In this document: positions 1 to 9,360 of the stretch, piece after piece
Position numbering within the stretch: position 1 is the stretch's first letter
How the letters are laid out: each line of letters begins with the position of its first letter
DNA from: Bilabrum cf. latius
Taxonomy: Eukaryota
DNA: 64,000 nt
Reading direction: 5' to 3'
NCBI GenBank assembly: GCA_965178125.1
Contig: OZ237737.1
Coordinates: forward strand, 1-64,000
Translations under genes and position numbers: made by a program
Notes under the pieces: model-generated
What the model saw: the letters and a program-made list of their open reading frames with translations, nothing else
Database searches by the model: none
What the model was told of the DNA's origin: nothing

Positions 1-487
1 ACCCTAACCCTAACCCTAACCCTAACCCTAACCCTAACCCTAACCCTAACCCTAACCCTAACCCTAACCCTAACCCTAACCCTAACCCTAACCCTAACCC
101 TAACCCTAACCCTAACCCTAACCCTAACCCTAACCCTAACCCTAACCCTAACCCTAACCCTAACCCTAACCCTAACCCTAACCCTAACCCTAACCCTAAC
201 CCTAACCCTAACCCTAACCCTAACCCTAACCCTAACCCTAACCCTAACCCTAACCCTAACCCTAACCCTAACCCTAACCCTAACCCTAACCCTAACCCTA
301 ACCCTAACCCTAACCCTAACCCTAACCCTAACCCTAACCCTAACCCTAACCCTAACCCTAACCCTAACCCTAACCCTAACCCTAACCCTAACCCTAACCC
401 TAACCCTAACCCTAACCCTAACCCTAACCCTAACCCTAACCCTAACCCTAACCCTAACCCTAACCCTAACCCTAACCCTAACCCTAA
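1..487. repeat. Telomeric tract 1 (CCCTAA)n, >=81 units, runs off the window start
   Basis: Perfect CCCTAA hexamers; C-rich strand on +, as expected for a left chromosome end. Confidence 0.99.
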
Positions 488-503
488 GGGCAAGCGGAAT
501 CCC

Positions 504-1406
504 ATGGACGACGACGACGACGACGACGAGGAGGATGTCGCGGAGCACAGCGCCACCACGGTCCGGAGGGAGCAAGGCGGGATGGATCTGGACGACTCAG
601 AGTCCAGCGACTCATAGACCGAGCAAGCACTCCACGATCTTCTCAGAGCCAAGCGAGCGGCGGAGGCCGAGAGAAAGGAAAAGGCAAAGGCCAAACTTAA
701 GGCCAGGACCAAGGCCGCGGGCAAGTCGAAGAGCAAGTCGAAGGGCAAGGCGAAGAGCAAGGGTGCCCGATCGGCAGAGCCGTAGGGCAGGCACGCTGAA
801 GCCGCGCCTCTGGCTAAGATGCAACCCAAGCGATCGCCCGTTCTCCAACCGGGCTATGGCGGAGGAGCTCCCCACGCCGTTGAACAGGAGAAGAGGGGAG
901 CAAGTGGCGCAAGGAGTGGAGCAGCAGCATCACTGCCTCGACAGGACTCTGAGGAAGATGAAGAGGACATCGGTGGTCGGTACCACGTAGACGCAGCCGA
1001 AGAGCAGGACGAGGATGAGGCTCCGATAGGGCTCGTGCAGCGGGACGAGGAGGATGGGGACGAGCTGGATGAGGAAGAAGAGAACGAGGCCCAGAACCAG
1101 CAAGACGACTCTGAGAACGACGGTGGAGTGGAGGACAACGGCTTCACTGACTAGCAGCGGCACCTGGTGGACCGCATCCTCGCTGCCTGCGATGACATCG
1201 CGCTGGGCGTCGGCCGGACTCTCGACGACATGCGCGAGGACGTGGAGGAGACAATTGAAGAGAGGGACGACGGGTTGGGCACGCTAGCAGACCTGATGAC
1301 GGCCCTCGAGAAGACGGCGGAAGGAGATCTCAATGCGGCAGGCGTGGACGCTGTTGAGGCGCTCCTGGCAGCTGTCGGTGCGGAACCCTCCTCCGATGAC
1401 GAGTGA
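504..1406 (+). CDS. Cassette ORF copy 1: 300-aa low-complexity acidic/basic protein (TAG=Gln), possibly 5'-truncated
   Basis: ATG at 504 (MDDDDDDDEED...), in-frame TAGs at 615, 783 and 1152, TGA at 1404-1406. Joins track ORFs 819..1154 and 1167..1406. K/A/S-rich tract (KAKAKLKARTKAAGKSKSKSKGKAKSKG) followed by an E/D-rich tract. Confidence 0.7.
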
Positions 1407-1706
1407 AAAGCAGCCAGGCGGATGGCAATTGAGGTCAGTGGCAGCTGGGCCAGCTTGTGAGAGGAGCTTGCCAAAGTGCCAGCCAGTGACCCGTTAGGAC
1501 GGGATAGTAGGAGCCACGTAATACTCTATGAAGTCTTGACTGTAAGCACATGAATACCTGGTATCGAAGCGTTCCTTCAAACAAGTACCATTGAGAACGA
1601 CACCACATCCATATAGTCCATGATCTGAAAGCAACACGTATTTTTCGGACATGATTCCAATCCATCAATCACAATGTCACCAAAAATCACAACAAACCCT
1701 AGGGAT

Positions 1707-2731
1707 CATTTGGCCCATGTTGTGCCCCAAGACCGTCCCAATGCAGTTTGAACCGTCTTCATATGTCCTGTAGTTGCCGAGATCTCAATCCGCGAAAATT
1801 CAGCATGAAATCCTTCATCGGCTCGTATCGGCGCCGCGCGACATAAACGGAACCTGGGGAACATTTGGCCCATGTTGTGCCCCAAGACCGTCCCAATGCA
1901 GTTTGAACGGTCTTCATATGTCCTGTAGTTGCCGAGATCTCAATCCGCGAAAATTCAGCATGAAATCCTTCATCGGCACGTATCGGCGCCGCGCGACATA
2001 AACGGAACCTGGGGAACATTTGGCCCATGTTGTGCCCCAAGACCGTCCCAATGCAGTTTGAACCGTCTTCATATGTCCTGTAGTTGCCGAGATCTCAATC
2101 CGCGAAAATTCAGCATGAAATCCTTCATCGGCACGTATCGGCGCCGCGCGACATAAACGGAACCTGGGGAACATTTGGCCCATGTTGTGCCCCAAGGCCG
2201 TCCCAATGCAGTTTGAACGGTCTTCATATGTCCTGTAGTTGCCGAGATCTCAATCCGCGAAAATTCAGCATGAAATCCTTCATCGGCACGTATCGGCGCC
2301 GCGCGACATAAACGGAACCTGGGGAACATTTGGCCCATGTTGTGCCCCAAGACCGTCCCAATGCAGTTTGAACGGTCTTCATATGTCCTGTAGTTGCCGA
2401 GATCTCAATCCGCGAAAATTCAGCATGAAATCCTTCATCGGCTCGTATCAGCGCCGCGCGACATAAACGGAACCTGGGGAACATTTGGCCCATGTTGTGC
2501 CCCAAGACCGTCCCAATGCAGTTTGAACGGTCTTCATATGTCCTGTAGTTGCCGAGATCTCAATCCGCGAAAATTCAGCATGAAATCCTTCATCGGCACG
2601 TATCGGCGCCGCGCGACATAAACGGAACCTGGGGAACATTTGGCCCATGTTGTGCCCCAAGGCCGTCCCAATGCAGTTTGAACGGTCTTCATATGTCCTG
2701 TAGTTGCCGAGATCTCAATCCGCGAAAATTC
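1707..2731. repeat. 155-bp tandem satellite, ~6.6 copies (cassette 1)
   Basis: CATTTGGCCCATGTTGTGCCCC recurs at 1707, 1862, 2017 and so on; monomers differ by a few SNPs. Confidence 0.97.
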
Positions 2732-2791
2732 GACAAAAATTGAAGATGAAAATATTTTTTCCCCGACCCTGTCCCTGACTTTATAATAGAT

Positions 2792-3296
2792 ACCCTAACC
2801 CTAACCCTAACCCTAACCCTAACCCTAACCCTAACCCTAACCCTAACCCTAACCCTAACCCTAACCCTAACCCTAACCCTAACCCTAACCCTAACCCTAA
2901 CCCTAACCCTAACCCTAACCCTAACCCTAACCCTAACCCTAACCCTAACCCTAACCCTAACCCTAACCCTAACCCTAACCCTAACCCTAACCCTAACCCT
3001 AACCCTAACCCTAACCCTAACCCTAACCCTAACCCTAACCCTAACCCTAACCCTAACCCTAACCCTAACCCTAACCCTAACCCTAACCCTAACCCTAACC
3101 CTAACCCTAACCCTAACCCTAACCCTAACCCTAACCCTAACCCTAACCCTAACCCTAACCCTAACCCTAACCCTAACCCTAACCCTAACCCTAACCCTAA
3201 CCCTAACCCTAACCCTAACCCTAACCCTAACCCTAACCCTAACCCTAACCCTAACCCTAACCCTAACCCTAACCCTAACCCTAACCCTAACCCTAA
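2792..3296. repeat. Internal telomeric tract 2 (CCCTAA)n, 505 bp (~84 units)
   Basis: Perfect hexamers. Confidence 0.99.
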
Positions 3297-3312
3297 GGGC
3301 AAGCGGAATCCC

Positions 3313-4215
3313 ATGGACGACGACGACGACGACGACGAGGAGGATGTCGCGGAGCACAGCGCCACCACGGTCCGGAGGGAGCAAGGCGGGATGGATCTGG
3401 ACGACTCAGAGTCCAGCGACTCATAGACCGAGCAAGCACTCCACGATCTTCTCAGAGCCAAGCGAGCGGCGGAGGCCGAGAGAAAGGAAAAGGCAAAGGC
3501 CAAACTTAAGGCCAGGACCAAGGCCGCGGGCAAGTCGAAGAGCAAGTCGAAGGGCAAGGCGAAGAGCAAGGGTGCCCGATCGGCAGAGCCGTAGGGCAGG
3601 CACGCTGAAGCCGCGCCTCTGGCTAAGATGCAACCCAAGCGATCGCCCGTTCTCCAACCGGGCTATGGCGGAGGAGCTCCCCACGCCGTTGAACAGGAGA
3701 AGAGGGGAGCAAGTGGCGCAAGGAGTGGAGCAGCAGCATCACTGCCTCGACAGGACTCTGAGGAAGATGAAGAGGACATCGGTGGTCGGTACCACGTAGA
3801 CGCAGCCGAAGAGCAGGACGAGGATGAGGCTCCGATAGGGCTCGTGCAGCGGGACGAGGAGGATGGGGACGAGCTGGATGAGGAAGAAGAGAACGAGGCC
3901 CAGAACCAGCAAGACGACTCTGAGAACGACGGTGGAGTGGAGGACAACGGCTTCACTGACTAGCAGCGGCACCTGGTGGACCGCATCCTCGCTGCCTGCG
4001 ATGACATCGCGCTGGGCGTCGGCCGGACTCTCGACGACATGCGCGAGGACGTGGAGGAGACAATTGAAGAGAGGGACGACGGGTTGGGCACGCTAGCAGA
4101 CCTGATGACGGCCCTCGAGAAGACGGCGGAAGGAGATCTCAATGCGGCAGGCGTGGACGCTGTTGAGGCGCTCCTGGCAGCTGTCGGTGCGGAACCCTCC
4201 TCCGATGACGAGTGA
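3313..4215 (+). CDS. Cassette ORF copy 2 (300 aa, TAG=Gln)
   Basis: Same as 504..1406. Confidence 0.7.
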
Positions 4216-4515
4216 AAAGCAGCCAGGCGGATGGCAATTGAGGTCAGTGGCAGCTGGGCCAGCTTGTGAGAGGAGCTTGCCAAAGTGCCAGCCAGTGACC
4301 CGTTAGGACGGGATAGTAGGAGCCACGTAATACTCTATGAAGTCTTGACTGTAAGCACATGAATACCTGGTATCGAAGCGTTCCTTCAAACAAGTACCAT
4401 TGAGAACGACACCACATCCATATAGTCCATGATCTGAAAGCAACACGTATTTTTCGGACATGATTCCAATCCATCAATCACAATGTCACCAAAAATCACA
4501 ACAAACCCTAGGGAT

Positions 4516-5540
4516 CATTTGGCCCATGTTGTGCCCCAAGACCGTCCCAATGCAGTTTGAACCGTCTTCATATGTCCTGTAGTTGCCGAGATCTCAATCC
4601 GCGAAAATTCAGCATGAAATCCTTCATCGGCTCGTATCGGCGCCGCGCGACATAAACGGAACCTGGGGAACATTTGGCCCATGTTGTGCCCCAAGACCGT
4701 CCCAATGCAGTTTGAACGGTCTTCATATGTCCTGTAGTTGCCGAGATCTCAATCCGCGAAAATTCAGCATGAAATCCTTCATCGGCACGTATCGGCGCCG
4801 CGCGACATAAACGGAACCTGGGGAACATTTGGCCCATGTTGTGCCCCAAGACCGTCCCAATGCAGTTTGAACCGTCTTCATATGTCCTGTAGTTGCCGAG
4901 ATCTCAATCCGCGAAAATTCAGCATGAAATCCTTCATCGGCACGTATCGGCGCCGCGCGACATAAACGGAACCTGGGGAACATTTGGCCCATGTTGTGCC
5001 CCAAGGCCGTCCCAATGCAGTTTGAACGGTCTTCATATGTCCTGTAGTTGCCGAGATCTCAATCCGCGAAAATTCAGCATGAAATCCTTCATCGGCACGT
5101 ATCGGCGCCGCGCGACATAAACGGAACCTGGGGAACATTTGGCCCATGTTGTGCCCCAAGACCGTCCCAATGCAGTTTGAACGGTCTTCATATGTCCTGT
5201 AGTTGCCGAGATCTCAATCCGCGAAAATTCAGCATGAAATCCTTCATCGGCTCGTATCAGCGCCGCGCGACATAAACGGAACCTGGGGAACATTTGGCCC
5301 ATGTTGTGCCCCAAGACCGTCCCAATGCAGTTTGAACGGTCTTCATATGTCCTGTAGTTGCCGAGATCTCAATCCGCGAAAATTCAGCATGAAATCCTTC
5401 ATCGGCACGTATCGGCGCCGCGCGACATAAACGGAACCTGGGGAACATTTGGCCCATGTTGTGCCCCAAGGCCGTCCCAATGCAGTTTGAACGGTCTTCA
5501 TATGTCCTGTAGTTGCCGAGATCTCAATCCGCGAAAATTC
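4516..5540. repeat. 155-bp tandem satellite, ~6.6 copies (cassette 2)
   Basis: Same monomer variant order as cassette 1. Confidence 0.97.
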
Positions 5541-5600
5541 GACAAAAATTGAAGATGAAAATATTTTTTCCCCGACCCTGTCCCTGACTTTATAATAGAT

Positions 5601-6201
5601 ACCCTAACCCTAACCCTAACCCTAACCCTAACCCTAACCCTAACCCTAACCCTAACCCTAACCCTAACCCTAACCCTAACCCTAACCCTAACCCTAACCC
5701 TAACCCTAACCCTAACCCTAACCCTAACCCTAACCCTAACCCTAACCCTAACCCTAACCCTAACCCTAACCCTAACCCTAACCCTAACCCTAACCCTAAC
5801 CCTAACCCTAACCCTAACCCTAACCCTAACCCTAACCCTAACCCTAACCCTAACCCTAACCCTAACCCTAACCCTAACCCTAACCCTAACCCTAACCCTA
5901 ACCCTAACCCTAACCCTAACCCTAACCCTAACCCTAACCCTAACCCTAACCCTAACCCTAACCCTAACCCTAACCCTAACCCTAACCCTAACCCTAACCC
6001 TAACCCTAACCCTAACCCTAACCCTAACCCTAACCCTAACCCTAACCCTAACCCTAACCCTAACCCTAACCCTAACCCTAACCCTAACCCTAACCCTAAC
6101 CCTAACCCTAACCCTAACCCTAACCCTAACCCTAACCCTAACCCTAACCCTAACCCTAACCCTAACCCTAACCCTAACCCTAACCCTAACCCTAACCCTA
6201 A
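5601..6201. repeat. Internal telomeric tract 3 (CCCTAA)n, 601 bp (~100 units)
   Basis: Perfect hexamers; 96 bp (16 units) longer than tract 2. Confidence 0.99.
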
Positions 6202-6217
6202 GGGCAAGCGGAATCCC

Positions 6218-7120
6218 ATGGACGACGACGACGACGACGACGAGGAGGATGTCGCGGAGCACAGCGCCACCACGGTCCGGAGGGAGCAAGGCGGGATGGA
6301 TCTGGACGACTCAGAGTCCAGCGACTCATAGACCGAGCAAGCACTCCACGATCTTCTCAGAGCCAAGCGAGCGGCGGAGGCCGAGAGAAAGGAAAAGGCA
6401 AAGGCCAAACTTAAGGCCAGGACCAAGGCCGCGGGCAAGTCGAAGAGCAAGTCGAAGGGCAAGGCGAAGAGCAAGGGTGCCCGATCGGCAGAGCCGTAGG
6501 GCAGGCACGCTGAAGCCGCGCCTCTGGCTAAGATGCAACCCAAGCGATCGCCCGTTCTCCAACCGGGCTATGGCGGAGGAGCTCCCCACGCCGTTGAACA
6601 GGAGAAGAGGGGAGCAAGTGGCGCAAGGAGTGGAGCAGCAGCATCACTGCCTCGACAGGACTCTGAGGAAGATGAAGAGGACATCGGTGGTCGGTACCAC
6701 GTAGACGCAGCCGAAGAGCAGGACGAGGATGAGGCTCCGATAGGGCTCGTGCAGCGGGACGAGGAGGATGGGGACGAGCTGGATGAGGAAGAAGAGAACG
6801 AGGCCCAGAACCAGCAAGACGACTCTGAGAACGACGGTGGAGTGGAGGACAACGGCTTCACTGACTAGCAGCGGCACCTGGTGGACCGCATCCTCGCTGC
6901 CTGCGATGACATCGCGCTGGGCGTCGGCCGGACTCTCGACGACATGCGCGAGGACGTGGAGGAGACAATTGAAGAGAGGGACGACGGGTTGGGCACGCTA
7001 GCAGACCTGATGACGGCCCTCGAGAAGACGGCGGAAGGAGATCTCAATGCGGCAGGCGTGGACGCTGTTGAGGCGCTCCTGGCAGCTGTCGGTGCGGAAC
7101 CCTCCTCCGATGACGAGTGA
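6218..7120 (+). CDS. Cassette ORF copy 3 (300 aa, TAG=Gln)
   Basis: Same as 504..1406. Confidence 0.7.
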
Positions 7121-7420
7121 AAAGCAGCCAGGCGGATGGCAATTGAGGTCAGTGGCAGCTGGGCCAGCTTGTGAGAGGAGCTTGCCAAAGTGCCAGCCAG
7201 TGACCCGTTAGGACGGGATAGTAGGAGCCACGTAATACTCTATGAAGTCTTGACTGTAAGCACATGAATACCTGGTATCGAAGCGTTCCTTCAAACAAGT
7301 ACCATTGAGAACGACACCACATCCATATAGTCCATGATCTGAAAGCAACACGTATTTTTCGGACATGATTCCAATCCATCAATCACAATGTCACCAAAAA
7401 TCACAACAAACCCTAGGGAT

Positions 7421-8445
7421 CATTTGGCCCATGTTGTGCCCCAAGACCGTCCCAATGCAGTTTGAACCGTCTTCATATGTCCTGTAGTTGCCGAGATCTC
7501 AATCCGCGAAAATTCAGCATGAAATCCTTCATCGGCTCGTATCGGCGCCGCGCGACATAAACGGAACCTGGGGAACATTTGGCCCATGTTGTGCCCCAAG
7601 ACCGTCCCAATGCAGTTTGAACGGTCTTCATATGTCCTGTAGTTGCCGAGATCTCAATCCGCGAAAATTCAGCATGAAATCCTTCATCGGCACGTATCGG
7701 CGCCGCGCGACATAAACGGAACCTGGGGAACATTTGGCCCATGTTGTGCCCCAAGACCGTCCCAATGCAGTTTGAACCGTCTTCATATGTCCTGTAGTTG
7801 CCGAGATCTCAATCCGCGAAAATTCAGCATGAAATCCTTCATCGGCACGTATCGGCGCCGCGCGACATAAACGGAACCTGGGGAACATTTGGCCCATGTT
7901 GTGCCCCAAGGCCGTCCCAATGCAGTTTGAACGGTCTTCATATGTCCTGTAGTTGCCGAGATCTCAATCCGCGAAAATTCAGCATGAAATCCTTCATCGG
8001 CACGTATCGGCGCCGCGCGACATAAACGGAACCTGGGGAACATTTGGCCCATGTTGTGCCCCAAGACCGTCCCAATGCAGTTTGAACGGTCTTCATATGT
8101 CCTGTAGTTGCCGAGATCTCAATCCGCGAAAATTCAGCATGAAATCCTTCATCGGCTCGTATCAGCGCCGCGCGACATAAACGGAACCTGGGGAACATTT
8201 GGCCCATGTTGTGCCCCAAGACCGTCCCAATGCAGTTTGAACGGTCTTCATATGTCCTGTAGTTGCCGAGATCTCAATCCGCGAAAATTCAGCATGAAAT
8301 CCTTCATCGGCACGTATCGGCGCCGCGCGACATAAACGGAACCTGGGGAACATTTGGCCCATGTTGTGCCCCAAGGCCGTCCCAATGCAGTTTGAACGGT
8401 CTTCATATGTCCTGTAGTTGCCGAGATCTCAATCCGCGAAAATTC
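7421..8445. repeat. 155-bp tandem satellite, ~6.6 copies (cassette 3)
   Basis: Same monomer variant order as cassettes 1 and 2. Confidence 0.97.
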
Positions 8446-8505
8446 GACAAAAATTGAAGATGAAAATATTTTTTCCCCGACCCTGTCCCTGACTTTATAA
8501 TAGAT

Positions 8506-9029
8506 ACCCTAACCCTAACCCTAACCCTAACCCTAACCCTAACCCTAACCCTAACCCTAACCCTAACCCTAACCCTAACCCTAACCCTAACCCTAACCCT
8601 AACCCTAACCCTAACCCTAACCCTAACCCTAACCCTAACCCTAACCCTAACCCTAACCCTAACCCTAACCCTAACCCTAACCCTAACCCTAACCCTAACC
8701 CTAACCCTAACCCTAACCCTAACCCTAACCCTAACCCTAACCCTAACCCTAACCCTAACCCTAACCCTAACCCTAACCCTAACCCTAACCCTAACCCTAA
8801 CCCTAACCCTAACCCTAACCCTAACCCTAACCCTAACCCTAACCCTAACCCTAACCCTAACCCTAACCCTAACCCTAACCCTAACCCTAACCCTAACCCT
8901 AACCCTAACCCTAACCCTAACCCTAACCCTAACCCTAACCCTAACCCTAACCCTAACCCTAACCCTAACCCTAACCCTAACCCTAACCCTAACCCTAACC
9001 CTAACCCTAACCCTAACCCTAACCCTAAC
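8506..9029. repeat. Proximal telomeric tract 4 (CCCTAA)n, ~524 bp (~87 units)
   Basis: Perfect hexamers ending in one degenerate unit (CTCTAG) at the subtelomere border. Confidence 0.98.
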
Positions 9030-9033
9030 TCTA

Positions 9034-9302
9034 GTTGGTGTTTGGGGGACATGTTGAGCGTGCGGCGGGTGGGAGGGCCTGTGGGTGTTTGGGGGACATG
9101 TTAAGCGTGCGACGGGTGGGAGGGCCTGTGGGTGTTTGGGGGACATGTTGAGCGTGCGGCGGGTGGGAGGGCCTGTGGGTGTTTGGGGGACATGTTAAGC
9201 GTGCGGCGGGTGGGAGGGCCTGTTGGTGTTTGGGGGACATGTTGAGCGTGCGGCGGGTGGGAGGGCCTGTGGGTGTTTGGGGGACATATTGAGCGTGCGG
9301 TG
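9034..9302 (+). repeat. Subtelomeric 47-bp G-rich minisatellite, ~5.7 copies
   Basis: GGGGGACATG recurs at 9044, 9091, 9138 and so on; unit is about GTGGGTGTTTGGGGGACATGTTGAGCGTGCGGCGGGTGGGAGGGCCT. Confidence 0.95.
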
Positions 9303-9360
9303 GATAACGGTGAACATGACAACTGGCCGATAGAACTCAATCAATACTCTGCTCTCTTAT

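Larger units (their letters stand above)
488..2791 (+). repeat. Telomere-embedded 2304-bp cassette, copy 1 (ORF + spacer + 155-bp satellite + 60-bp tail)
   Basis: Recurs at 3297-5600 and 6202-8505 with the same junctions (CCCTAA|GGGCAAG and TAATAGAT|ACCCTAA) and identical ORF-track translations. Confidence 0.97.
3297..5600 (+). repeat. Telomere-embedded 2304-bp cassette, copy 2
   Basis: Offset +2809 from copy 1; same sequence as far as can be seen by eye. Confidence 0.97.
6202..8505 (+). repeat. Telomere-embedded 2304-bp cassette, copy 3
   Basis: Offset +2905 from copy 2. Confidence 0.97.

Noticed and set aside
535-990. 151-aa Arg-rich ORF and the antisense ORFs in the cassette
   Set aside because: Alternative frames overlapping the longer 504..1406 frame.
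1707-2731. Hammerhead ribozymes in the 155-bp monomer, as in Penelope-like terminons
   Set aside because: The minus strand has CCGATGA (CTGATACG in one variant) but no canonical CUGANGA with a correctly placed GAAA. An Infernal scan would settle it.
1759-2743. 75-93-aa ORFs across the satellite
   Set aside because: They are artefacts of a 155-bp period that is not a multiple of 3, with no protein-like features.
488-2791. Autonomous retrotransposon or DNA transposon
   Set aside because: No RT (YxDD), endonuclease, DDE, zinc-knuckle or helicase motifs, and no TIR, LTR or poly(A) tail.
2792-9029. End-to-end chromosome fusion site
   Set aside because: All tracts are CCCTAA on +; there is no TTAGGG-to-CCCTAA inversion.
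1707-9302. CRISPR array
   Set aside because: Repeats are contiguous with no unique spacers, there are no cas genes, and the context is eukaryotic.
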